64,000 nucleotides of DNA from a virus (IMGVR_UViG_3300042892_002922:128001-192000); one strand, 5' to 3'; positions 44,230 to 53,315 are shown, counted from the stretch's first letter. Notes: generated from the sequence alone by a model not told the origin. Translations and numbers: made by a program.

Positions 44230-45183
44230 ATGACATCAAGTGAATTTGAAGTAAAAAAAATTAAATGGTTGGAAACTGCTAAAACCAAAAAAGGTATTAT
44301 AGCACAGTTAGACCCTGACGGATTATATTCCGCGTTTATTATTAGTAGATTAACAGGATTAGATGTTGTTGGTGTATCGGATTTATATAACAACATTTAT
44401 GGTATCGATGAAAACGACAAGTTAAGTGATTATGTTTTTGTTGACGTTGAAATGTTCTTACCAGATGTATTATCTGTTGGTAATCATAATAACATTACAA
44501 GCCCTAAAGTTTACGAGGAAATTAAAGACAGATTGGTTAATTGTTTAAACCCTAACTATCAGTTTGGTGTAACCGTAAAAGAATATACTGGTAAGTACCC
44601 GTTTGGTACCGCACATTATCTAATTGAGTTATATTCAGAAGAATTAAATCTTCCTGAGTTATTTGAATCAAAAGAGTTATTACAACTTCTGTATATTTCA
44701 GATGCGGTATATAATACGGTAAACAAATACCCCACAAACTTTAAGAACTGGGCAGATAAATTATTTAAAAACGATTTATTCCAGGATAAGTTTTTAAAGG
44801 TGTTATTTAAAAAATTCAGTTTCTCAAAAGACACAGAACGCTTATTAAACGAAGCAAAAAAAATGTTTGGTGGTTATGAATTCTTTAATAAACGTTTAAA
44901 CAGTAAAAATATTGACGAAGAAACTCGTTTATCTTTGGTAAAAGAGAAATTAAATCACTTATCTTTACCATTCCAAAACTTAGGTATGGATTTTACTAAA
45001 ATAAACATGGATAAGAATATTAAACTTAATAGCCACAAATATGGTGGTTACAGTGGTAATGAATTACCAGAAGATATTACGCAAAACCCGGCATCATTAT
45101 ATGAAAATGTGATGACAATTAATTACACAGGACAAAATATCATTTCTTTAACCTATATTCCAAAGGAAACACAAAATGTATAA
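44230..45183 (+). CDS. DHH/RecJ-like phosphoesterase-fold protein (degenerate)
   Basis: LDPDGLYSA (motif I), FVDV (motif II), GNH in place of DHH, and a later NPN. Confidence 0.45.
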   Translation: MTSSEFEVKKIKWLETAKTKKGIIAQLDPDGLYSAFIISRLTGLDVVGVSDLYNNIYGIDENDKLSDYVFVDVEMFLPDVLSVGNHNNITSPKVYEEIKDRLVNCLNPNYQFGVTVKEYTGKYPFGTAHYLIELYSEELNLPELFESKELLQLLYISDAVYNTVNKYPTNFKNWADKLFKNDLFQDKFLKVLFKKFSFSKDTERLLNEAKKMFGGYEFFNKRLNSKNIDEETRLSLVKEKLNHLSLPFQNLGMDFTKINMDKNIKLNSHKYGGYSGNELPEDITQNPASLYENVMTINYTGQNIISLTYIPKETQNV

Positions 45184-47518
45184 TAACCCTTTTATTAAAG
45201 TTGAGTGGGAAGATACTCCAGAGAATCTTACCCAAGAAAGAATCAAACGTGTTAAATCGTATTTCCAAAACAAATACAATAGCACGAATGTTAAGATTGT
45301 TACAAAGACAATCAACAACTCATCCAATGCGAAGTTGAAATCGTTAGAGGCGTCTGATAATATATTGGACCCTCAATATCAAAAAAACTTGGTAAAGGAG
45401 TTCTTAACTGAGAACCAGTCAACAATTAAATGGGATTTTATAAATCGTTTAGATGACCGTGTTAATGGTGAAATTGATAAATTAAATCAGAACAAGGTTA
45501 GATATAATAAATGGTTTATTAAAAAGGTTGAATTCTCAAACTTCCTATCCTATGGTGAAGGGAACGTAATTGATTTTACGGATTTAGACGGCATCACAGT
45601 AATTGAATCAACACCTAAAAATTTTGGTGGTAAGTCAACCGCAACTGTTGATTTATTGATGTTTTTGTTCTTTAATTCAACAACCAAAACAAAAACTAAC
45701 GGAGAGATATTCAACAAGTTTTCCGATTCAGATGAAGTTAAGGTAAAAGGTGAGGTTACAATTGATGGTGATGATTATCTTATCAGTAGAACTATTACTC
45801 GCAAAAAAAGTAAGTCAGGTGAATACACGGTTAAAAATGATTTGGAGTTCTTTAAGAAATCACCAGAAGGCGAATTGATTAATTTATCTGGTGAACAAAG
45901 AAGAGAGACAGAGATATTAATTACATCCGCTATTGGAACTGAAGAAGATTTCTTATCTACAATTTTAACAACTGGTTATAACTTAGAAGAACTTATTGAA
46001 AGTAAACCAACTGCTAGAGGACAAATCATCACTAAATTTCTTGGGTTAGAATCCTTAAAACAAAAAGAGGATATTGCTAAAGAAATGTATAGCGAATGGA
46101 GTAAGAAGTTGGTTTCAAATACAAATAACAAAACAGATTTAGATGATCAGATTAAAACGTTTGAAGATTCAATTGGGAATTCTAACACACAAATTACTGA
46201 TTTAGGGGTTTCTTTAGATGGGTTTAAAGATACATTAAAAAATCTAGAAGATAGACGAGATTTAATATTGGGTCAAAAAAATAACGACATTGATGATGAC
46301 CTTATAAGAACTAACCCAACCTTGTTGCAAAGAGAGATTGAGGATCTTAAGCGTCTTCAAACATCTAGCAAAACTCAAGGCAATGATGTAAGTGTTGTAG
46401 AACCATCGCAGTATTATTTGGATGAAGAACACGATAAACTAAAAGACAAAGTTAATTCAATTGTTGTTGATGGTAAGCTCGTGAGTGAAACTATTACACG
46501 TAATGAAAATTTAGTTAATCAATTAGAGAAAGGTAGTGTATGTCCAACATGTCATAGAGCGTTAGATGAGGTTGACCACACTAGTGAGATTGAAAAAATT
46601 AAAAAGGAAATTGAGGGTTTAAAGGATAAACAAACAGAACTAAAATCTCAATACACCGAAGCAAACGACGCTGAAAAGTTATATGCTGCGATTAAAAAAG
46701 AATATGACGAATACGAAAGAAACAAACTTCGTAAAAGTAGATTCGAATTAGAGGTTGAACAAAAACAAGTTGAAATTGATTCTAAACAATCAAAGTTAGA
46801 CCGTTATGATAGTAACAAATCTAAATTGGAAAACAACCAAAAGATTGAGGCAGAAATCATCACTTTAAGAACTAAGATTGAAACAGCAAATGCTGATATC
46901 CAACAAACCTTAAATAATATTGAAAGACATAAAAATAATATTACCAATCTTAAAGAAAAGATTGAAAACAATATTAAGTTGATTGAAAAAATTAAGGGCG
47001 AGGAAGAATACTTACAAGTGTTTAAAACATACTTAATGGTATTTGGTAAGAATGGTATTTCAAAAGTCATATTAAAAAATATGATACCACTTCTAAATCA
47101 AGAGTTGTCTCGATTACTATTAGATAGTTCATACTTCACACTAGAGTTGAACATTAACGATAAGAACGAAGTTGAATTTATCATGATTGATAATGAAACC
47201 AGAGTAGTTAAACCACTTAACTCCGGATCTGGTTATGAAAGAACAATATCGTCACTAGCGTTAAGAAGTGTATTAACTAAAGTATCCTCGTTACCTAAAC
47301 CAAACATAGTGGTAATGGATGAGGTATTTGGTAAGATAGCTGATGAAAATTTAGAAATGGTTGGTGAGTTCTTTAAAAAGATTAAGAATTATTTCGAACA
47401 TATATTTGTTATCTCACACAACCCATTAATTAGAAACTGGTCGGATAATATTATTATGGTGAAGAAAGATGATAATATATCATCAATCGACTACATAACA
47501 CCTAAAATTAATTACTAA
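45176..47518 (+). CDS. sbcC: SbcC/Rad50/gp46-like ATPase with an N-terminal extension
   Basis: KKVEFSNFLSYG, Walker A GGKST, CPTC zinc hook, SGSGYE signature, VVMDE Walker B and ISH H-loop. Confidence 0.9.
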   Translation: MYNNPFIKVEWEDTPENLTQERIKRVKSYFQNKYNSTNVKIVTKTINNSSNAKLKSLEASDNILDPQYQKNLVKEFLTENQSTIKWDFINRLDDRVNGEIDKLNQNKVRYNKWFIKKVEFSNFLSYGEGNVIDFTDLDGITVIESTPKNFGGKSTATVDLLMFLFFNSTTKTKTNGEIFNKFSDSDEVKVKGEVTIDGDDYLISRTITRKKSKSGEYTVKNDLEFFKKSPEGELINLSGEQRRETEILITSAIGTEEDFLSTILTTGYNLEELIESKPTARGQIITKFLGLESLKQKEDIAKEMYSEWSKKLVSNTNNKTDLDDQIKTFEDSIGNSNTQITDLGVSLDGFKDTLKNLEDRRDLILGQKNNDIDDDLIRTNPTLLQREIEDLKRLQTSSKTQGNDVSVVEPSQYYLDEEHDKLKDKVNSIVVDGKLVSETITRNENLVNQLEKGSVCPTCHRALDEVDHTSEIEKIKKEIEGLKDKQTELKSQYTEANDAEKLYAAIKKEYDEYERNKLRKSRFELEVEQKQVEIDSKQSKLDRYDSNKSKLENNQKIEAEIITLRTKIETANADIQQTLNNIERHKNNITNLKEKIENNIKLIEKIKGEEEYLQVFKTYLMVFGKNGISKVILKNMIPLLNQELSRLLLDSSYFTLELNINDKNEVEFIMIDNETRVVKPLNSGSGYERTISSLALRSVLTKVSSLPKPNIVVMDEVFGKIADENLEMVGEFFKKIKNYFEHIFVISHNPLIRNWSDNIIMVKKDDNISSIDYITPKINY

Positions 47519-48330
47519 TCGTTTAAGTAACGATAAACGGTTAATAAACCTCTTTCAAAAATCTCCATCGTGATTTCACAATCTACTACAGCATTGTGAG
47601 CACCTTGGAGTTTTTTCTTTAATTGATTTATCTCATCATCAAACCCAGTGGCTAAAGATTTTAACGCATTTGATTTAGCACCACCTTCTTTGCCTGGGAA
47701 CTTATCTAGTTTAGCTTGATAATCAGGGTTATCTTTTGATATTGTGTTTAATATTGGGAAGAAGAAGTTTTTAAAGAAATTGATACTATCTATCATCTCA
47801 TCGGTGCTATCTTTAAAAATCTCGTGGAATTGAATCCATTTTAAATCAAATGGTGCGTTGTGTGCAATTAAAGTAACGTTTTCATGTTCTTTTAAAAACT
47901 CATCAAACTTTTCTAATGCGTTTCTTTCTTCTTCATATGATTCGCTATTTGCTAAATCATAGTGATTAAATTTTAGAATGCCCTTTTTAGTGTTAAATAA
48001 CCATCTTTTATATTCGTCACTTTCTTCATCTTCTGGAGCGTCTGGCTCGGTAGTCATCTGTTGAAGAGTTTCGTCATTTAATTTAATACCAATATTAAAT
48101 CTACCTAATTCAAAAAATCTTAATGTCTCACCATTTATTTGAGTCGCAATTGCTGCGATTTGTGTTAATTGGTTAGCAGGTCTACCTGCTGGGTTACGAT
48201 CTAAACCGGTGGTTTCGGTATCAAAAAAGACAAAAGTGTGGTTAACTCTTTTTAAAAACCAATCTAAAAGTTTTTCACTAGGTAACCCACCAACCTCAAT
48301 TTCACGTATAATTTTGGACATTTTAATCAT
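47515..48330 (-). CDS. DEDDh 3'-5' exonuclease (DnaQ-like)
   Basis: FFDTETTGL, AHNAPFD and AHNAVVD motifs. Start refined to 48330 (or 48321), downstream of a minus-strand TATTTAT at 48335-48341. Confidence 0.85.
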   Translation of the reverse strand: MIKMSKIIREIEVGGLPSEKLLDWFLKRVNHTFVFFDTETTGLDRNPAGRPANQLTQIAAIATQINGETLRFFELGRFNIGIKLNDETLQQMTTEPDAPEDEESDEYKRWLFNTKKGILKFNHYDLANSESYEEERNALEKFDEFLKEHENVTLIAHNAPFDLKWIQFHEIFKDSTDEMIDSINFFKNFFFPILNTISKDNPDYQAKLDKFPGKEGGAKSNALKSLATGFDDEINQLKKKLQGAHNAVVDCEITMEIFERGLLTVYRYLND

Positions 48331-48410
48331 AACAATAAATATTAGAAAAACATTGTTTTTTATTACGGGGATTTTTAAGTATATTTGTTCCATACTAAAT
48401 TAAATCTACC

Positions 48411-49082
48411 ATGACACCCAAAGATTACAAAGATTTCGGTTTGTACGCAAAAGACCGCGGAATTAGTTCCTTAAACATGCATTATCATCAAAAAAATATT
48501 GAGGGTAGTTTAACTCCATACGTCTTAGAGGAAAGACAACTGAACGTTACACAAATGGATGTGTTTTCACGTTTAATGATGGAAAGAATTATTTGGGTGG
48601 CCGGTGAGGTTAATGATAATATGTCGGTTATAACTCAAGCACAGTTAATGTTCTTGGACAGTTTAGATACTAATGACATAACTATGCATATCGATACCCC
48701 AGGCGGAAGCGTTAAATCTGGTTTATCAATGGTTGATGTTATGGATTACATTAAGTCCGATATTAGGACGATTAATACTGGAATGGCTGCATCTATGGGT
48801 TCAATCCTTTTAGGGGCAGGAACGAAGGGAAAACGCGGTTCATTGAGATTCTCAAGAACAATGTTACACCAATCATCTGGAGGTTTTAGAGGTAACATTC
48901 AAGATGCTAAGATTGATATGGTTGAGTGGGATAAATTAAATAACACATTATTTGACCTATTGGGTGGTTATTGTGGTAAAACAGGTGAACAAGTTAAACA
49001 AGATGCGTCTAGGGATCTCTGGTTGAGTTCTGAAGATGCTTTAGCATACGGTATTATTGACGAAGTTGTCAAAAGAAAATAG
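48411..49082 (+). CDS. clpP: ATP-dependent Clp protease proteolytic subunit
   Basis: DVFSRLMMERII, IDTPGGSV, GMAASMG (Ser), MLHQ (His) and RDLW (Asp) motifs. Confidence 0.95.
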   Translation: MTPKDYKDFGLYAKDRGISSLNMHYHQKNIEGSLTPYVLEERQLNVTQMDVFSRLMMERIIWVAGEVNDNMSVITQAQLMFLDSLDTNDITMHIDTPGGSVKSGLSMVDVMDYIKSDIRTINTGMAASMGSILLGAGTKGKRGSLRFSRTMLHQSSGGFRGNIQDAKIDMVEWDKLNNTLFDLLGGYCGKTGEQVKQDASRDLWLSSEDALAYGIIDEVVKRK

Positions 49083-49113
49083 GGTTAATTTATTCAACAT
49101 TTTGGTTTCAACA

Positions 49114-49143
49114 AAAAGGGAAGTTTTTAACTTCCCTTTTTTT
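49114..49143 (+). terminator. Rho-independent terminator (symmetrical)
   Basis: AAAAGGGAAGTT-TTT-AACTTCCCTTTT. Confidence 0.85.
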
Positions 49144-49166
49144 ATTTATTCCCTTATATTTATTTC

Positions 49167-49260
49167 TAGACCTTGTGGTTGAAGTCGAAGTGTCCCAGAG
49201 GCATTTGAGTTGGAATTGATACCAACGAATTCGGGTTCAAATACAAAAAAATATAAGGAA
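49167..49260 (+). ncRNA. Structured 5' leader whose first 14 nt pair with the 3' UTR of the same transcript
   Basis: TAGACCTTGTGGTT (49167-49180) is complementary to AATCACAAGGTCTA (50107-50120). Internal hairpin GTTGG-N8-CCAAC and an ATTTGAG/TTCAAAT stem. Confidence 0.55.
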
Positions 49261-50100
49261 ATGAACAGAAGAATTTCAGTTAACACAACTGGTCTTGCTG
49301 TACCACAATCTTTCATTACTAAAGGTAAACAAAGATTAAAACAGCACATTGACACCGTATATCTTAATAACGGTGATGAGTTCGAAATCGAACTTTTTAA
49401 TCCAACACACAATAAAGTTTTAGCAAAAATTGAGATGAATGGTAATGCCGTTGGTAATGGTATTATAATTCGTCCAGGTGAACGCGTTTTCCTCGAAAGA
49501 TATCTTGATGAGGCAAAGAAGTTTTTATTTGAAACATATGTTGTAAATGGTGATAATTTAGAAGTACAAGAAGCAATTGCTGATAATGGTGATGTGGTTA
49601 TTAAGTTCTATAACGAAACGCCTCCACCGACATATTATAGCGGTAATTCAGGCACGTTAACGATATCTAACCCAGGTTGGATAAACAACACGGGGACACC
49701 ATTTACCTACACTACACATAATACTTTAGGTATGAATACATTTAATCCTACTAGTATTACAACAACGGGAACAAATGCGGTTTATACTTCCAATTCATCT
49801 TTAACAAGTGGAACGTTTAGTACCTCAAATACATTCTTAAACAACCCCGATAAGGTTAAAAAATCTAAAAGACAGGTTGAAACAGGTAGAGTTGAAAAGG
49901 GTTCCAATTCTAATCAATCCTTTACATACGATAGTACATCTTTCAATAGTTGGGCGTCTAACACAAATTGGTGGAAAATAAAACCCAAATCAACTCAATT
50001 GGTAACAATGGATGATTTGGCTACATATTGCACTGAATGTGGCAGTAGAAGGAAAAAAGACACATATAAGTTCTGCCCACAATGTGGCACAAAATACTAA
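49261..50100 (+). CDS. Hypothetical protein with an N-terminal beta domain and a C-terminal zinc ribbon
   Basis: CTECG...CPQCG zinc ribbon. Start moved to ATG 49261, which follows AAGGAA; the track start at 49210 lies inside the structured leader. Confidence 0.75.
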   Translation: MNRRISVNTTGLAVPQSFITKGKQRLKQHIDTVYLNNGDEFEIELFNPTHNKVLAKIEMNGNAVGNGIIIRPGERVFLERYLDEAKKFLFETYVVNGDNLEVQEAIADNGDVVIKFYNETPPPTYYSGNSGTLTISNPGWINNTGTPFTYTTHNTLGMNTFNPTSITTTGTNAVYTSNSSLTSGTFSTSNTFLNNPDKVKKSKRQVETGRVEKGSNSNQSFTYDSTSFNSWASNTNWWKIKPKSTQLVTMDDLATYCTECGSRRKKDTYKFCPQCGTKY

Positions 50101-50125
50101 TAAACTAATCACAAGGTCTAACTCT

Positions 50126-50148
50126 GAGGTCGCTTTTGCGACCTCTTT
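50126..50148 (+). terminator. GC-rich hairpin / terminator
   Basis: GAGGTCGC-TTTT-GCGACCTC perfect stem with a short T tract. Confidence 0.7.
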
Positions 50149-50171
50149 GTATTTATAATAAAACAGATAAT

Positions 50172-50507
50172 ATGAAGATTGATAAAACAAACATCCTATT
50201 AGTTTTGATTGCTTGTTTGGCTGGCTATACCATATTTCAAAATCAAGGTATAAAAACTGACGTTGCGGGTTATAACGCTAAAATTGAATCCTTACAAAAG
50301 GAAATTGATTCGGTTTATATTGCAAACAAAGAAATAGACAATCAAATCGAAAAAGTTGATAATCACATTGTTAATGTTGATAAAGATATCGACAACGTGA
50401 CAAAAAACATAACTATTATTAAAAACAACACAGATGAAAAAGTTAATTCTATTACTACTATTGGTAATGTTGAGCTTGAGCAGTTATTCGCAAACAGATA
50501 CAACTAA
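50172..50507 (+). CDS. Membrane-anchored coiled-coil protein (i-spanin-like)
   Basis: N-terminal TM helix and long heptads. Start moved to ATG 50172, after TATTTAT. Confidence 0.5.
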   Translation: MKIDKTNILLVLIACLAGYTIFQNQGIKTDVAGYNAKIESLQKEIDSVYIANKEIDNQIEKVDNHIVNVDKDIDNVTKNITIIKNNTDEKVNSITTIGNVELEQLFANRYN

Positions 50508-50859
50508 AGTTATTGTATTAGATACTACTAAAGTTACTATAACAACAAAAGTTGCTAGATTAGTATTTCAAGATTTGCTTCGTTACGACGGTGCTAAGTT
50601 AGAAATTATTGAGTTAAATAAAGTAATAACACTAAAAGACGAACAAATTGGTTTGTTTAAACAAAAAGACACTTTAAAAGACCAAAAAATAACAAACTTA
50701 GAAGTTATTATTTCTAAGAAAGATGAACAGTTTGGTTTAGAAAGACAAAAATCTGAAAGTTTATTAAAAGAACTTAAAGGGCAAAGAACCAAAACATTTT
50801 TATATAAAGTTGGAACTTATGTCGGGATAATTGCTACTAGTATATTATTGATTAAGTAA
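50434..50859 (+). CDS. Signal-peptide coiled-coil protein with a C-terminal hydrophobic helix (spanin-partner-like)
   Basis: MKKLILLLLLVMLSLSSYS-Q signal peptide; overlaps the previous gene by 74 nt. Confidence 0.5.
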   Translation: MKKLILLLLLVMLSLSSYSQTDTTKVIVLDTTKVTITTKVARLVFQDLLRYDGAKLEIIELNKVITLKDEQIGLFKQKDTLKDQKITNLEVIISKKDEQFGLERQKSESLLKELKGQRTKTFLYKVGTYVGIIATSILLIK

Positions 50860-50860
50860 T

Positions 50861-51502
50861 ATGAAAAAACATTTAACAGCCAAGAATTTTATTATTGTTA
50901 TTTTAATAATTTTATTATTCTTGGCTTTTTACAATCCAGGCGGGCATTTACCAAATAGAACAATCACAAGGGTTGATTCAATAGGTTATGCCGTACACGA
51001 TACAATATCAGTGGATAGTTTAATTGAGGTAGAAATTGAAATTGAGGTTCCAGTTGAGGTAGAGGTTGAAAAAAGAGTAGAGGTACAGGTATTAACACCA
51101 GTTGACACAACAGAAATTTTAAAGATTTATTTTGCGAAAATCCAACATAAAGATGTGCTAACATTACCTAACAATGTTGGGACTATTACGATTATGGATA
51201 CAATATCTAAAAATAGTATTGTTAACAGAAAGTTTATTAGCGACATTAAACAAATGATTATTAAAGACACAGTTTACACAAAAGAACCTAAGAAAGGTCA
51301 AATGTACTTTGGATTTAATGGTAGTTTAAGTAAACCTGATGTAGTTTCACATCTTGGCACTGGTATAATGTATAAAACAAAAGAAGATAAGATATATCAT
51401 CTAGGTATTGGTGTGGCAAACAGAATCTTAGACGGGACGACCGGAAAATTTACCCCATATGTTGACGGCGGTGTTTATTTTAAGATAAAAACAAGAAGGT
51501 AA
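50861..51502 (+). CDS. Membrane-anchored protein with C-terminal amphipathic beta strands
   Basis: N-terminal TM helix; ends GGVYFKIKTRR. Confidence 0.55.
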   Translation: MKKHLTAKNFIIVILIILLFLAFYNPGGHLPNRTITRVDSIGYAVHDTISVDSLIEVEIEIEVPVEVEVEKRVEVQVLTPVDTTEILKIYFAKIQHKDVLTLPNNVGTITIMDTISKNSIVNRKFISDIKQMIIKDTVYTKEPKKGQMYFGFNGSLSKPDVVSHLGTGIMYKTKEDKIYHLGIGVANRILDGTTGKFTPYVDGGVYFKIKTRR

Positions 51503-51506
51503 TTAA

Positions 51507-51986
51507 TTACTCAATAAAATTCCAAGGGTGTAAGGTAACTCCCACCACAAATAGATGTTCGTCCAATAATAGGGTGACTCTTTCAATACCTAAATGAACA
51601 TCCCTACTACCTTCACTATCAACTATATATTCACTCCAATCTAATTGAAGAATGTGTTCAAATGTATCTTCGCCATCATCGGTTAATGGTTCAACTTCAA
51701 TTTCCACTTCAATATCCCTAGGACCGCGCACATTGGTTATTTCAATAGAATCAATCCCCCAACCCCTTAAAGTCATATATAGGTCATAGACAATATTCAT
51801 TTTACCAATTGGGTTAACATTATAAATTCTTTGCCCATCATATTGGCGCGGATGTTCAATTTCAACCTCAACATCGGTTCTGAAATCAAGTAAATCCTTA
51901 CCTATACTTTCATTGATAAGTCCTTTAGATAGGTTTTCAGCTAAGTTTTGAACCTGTTTTCTTTTTAATTTTATTGTTTTTGGCAT
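51507..51986 (-). CDS. Acidic hypothetical protein, probable internal head protein
   Basis: Start refined to MPKTIKL (51986), after a minus-strand TATTTAT at 52008-52014; contains a GLINES motif. Confidence 0.55.
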   Translation of the reverse strand: MPKTIKLKRKQVQNLAENLSKGLINESIGKDLLDFRTDVEVEIEHPRQYDGQRIYNVNPIGKMNIVYDLYMTLRGWGIDSIEITNVRGPRDIEVEIEVEPLTDDGEDTFEHILQLDWSEYIVDSEGSRDVHLGIERVTLLLDEHLFVVGVTLHPWNFIE

Positions 51987-52029
51987 AAAATTATATACTA
52001 ATTTATAATAAATAGTTATATTATGTAAG

Positions 52030-52467
52030 ATGGTAACATACATATTGTTTATTTATGCAAATTTTGAGGATCACGAGGACGTCGAGTTCTTTTGTACCGA
52101 ACATTTCTCTCAAATATCTGAAAGAGGAGTTAAATACGTCATTGAAAAGGACGGTAATTGTATTATAATATTCGAATCGGATAAAGATAAGGATAAATTA
52201 GATTCTGATTTAGAGGATCTATTGGATATTGAGCAAATAAACTTCTATTTTCTATTTGAACGGGCGTCAGTGGTATCCGTATTTTTACCTGAAACCATCA
52301 AAGATTTCATATTTAAACCCCTAGAAAACGAGAATGTTAAACTTAAAATAACGGCTAATCGTAATCAAAAACACGACCTAGATGACATCTTAGAAAAGAT
52401 TGAAAATGGGGGGATTGATAGCTTGACACTAGAAGAAAAAAAATTTCTGGATGATTTTGGAAAATAA
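52030..52467 (+). CDS. Hypothetical protein with a C-terminal DUF6576-like helical motif
   Basis: LDDILEKIENGGIDSLTLEEKKFL. Confidence 0.6.
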   Translation: MVTYILFIYANFEDHEDVEFFCTEHFSQISERGVKYVIEKDGNCIIIFESDKDKDKLDSDLEDLLDIEQINFYFLFERASVVSVFLPETIKDFIFKPLENENVKLKITANRNQKHDLDDILEKIENGGIDSLTLEEKKFLDDFGK

Positions 52468-52508
52468 GTGGAAAAATCGTACTATTGCTATACAAAACCC
52501 AAAAACGA

Positions 52509-53315
52509 ATGAAAAATACCAGCCCAATGGTTAAAACCGAAGAACTAAAATATTACATCAAGGATTTAAAAAGAATCCCAGTAATAGAAGCGCAAAGAGA
52601 ATTTGAAATTTTCATGGCGTTTAAAAACAAAGAGACAACCAAAGAACAAAAAAACGCTTTAGTTGAAGAATTGATTTTAGGTAATTTAAGATTTGTTATT
52701 TCCGTTGCTAAGATGTATCAAAATCAAGGAATGGATTTATTGGATTTAATTTCAGAAGGTAATATTGGTTTAATGAAAGCCATTGATCGCTTTGACGTTA
52801 CTTCTGGTTTTAAATTTATATCATATGCTGTGTGGTGGGTGAAACAATCTATAATGCAGTCGTTAACGGAAAATTCAAGAACAATAAGAATACCGTCAAA
52901 CGTTTTGCAAGATATTCAAAAGCAAAAGAAAATAAAAAATGAAGAGGATAGTTACCTTATTGAATACAATGATAATGTTTTAATCGGTATTCCAACAACA
53001 GTTGATTTATATAAAGAAATAAATGAAGATGGTGACACATTAATAGAAGTTATTGCTAATCCTAATTCAATTGACCCTATGGAATCTATGAATAATCTTG
53101 ATGAGATTAAGAAAAAGATGAAGTATATGTTAGCAATCCTAGATGACAGAGAGAAAACCATTATTGAGGGTTATTTTGGTTTGTGTGGTACCGAAAGAAA
53201 CCTAGATGACCTAGGTGAAGAATTTGGTTGCACCAAAGAACGTATTAGACAATTAAAAGATAAAGCAATTAAGAAATTGCGAAACGAGAGTTTTGGACTC
53301 CTAAACTATTTATAA
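52509..53315 (+). CDS. Sigma-70 family RNA polymerase sigma factor (RpoD/RpoS-like)
   Basis: GNLRFVISVAKMY, DLISEGNIGLMKAIDRFD, FKFISYAVWWVKQSI and region 4 TKERIRQLKDKAIKKLR. Confidence 0.93.
   Translation: MKNTSPMVKTEELKYYIKDLKRIPVIEAQREFEIFMAFKNKETTKEQKNALVEELILGNLRFVISVAKMYQNQGMDLLDLISEGNIGLMKAIDRFDVTSGFKFISYAVWWVKQSIMQSLTENSRTIRIPSNVLQDIQKQKKIKNEEDSYLIEYNDNVLIGIPTTVDLYKEINEDGDTLIEVIANPNSIDPMESMNNLDEIKKKMKYMLAILDDREKTIIEGYFGLCGTERNLDDLGEEFGCTKERIRQLKDKAIKKLRNESFGLLNYL

Noticed and set aside
50122-50148. Hammerhead ribozyme at CTGAGG plus hairpin
   Set aside because: The core needs CUGANGA and a downstream GAAA, and neither is complete.
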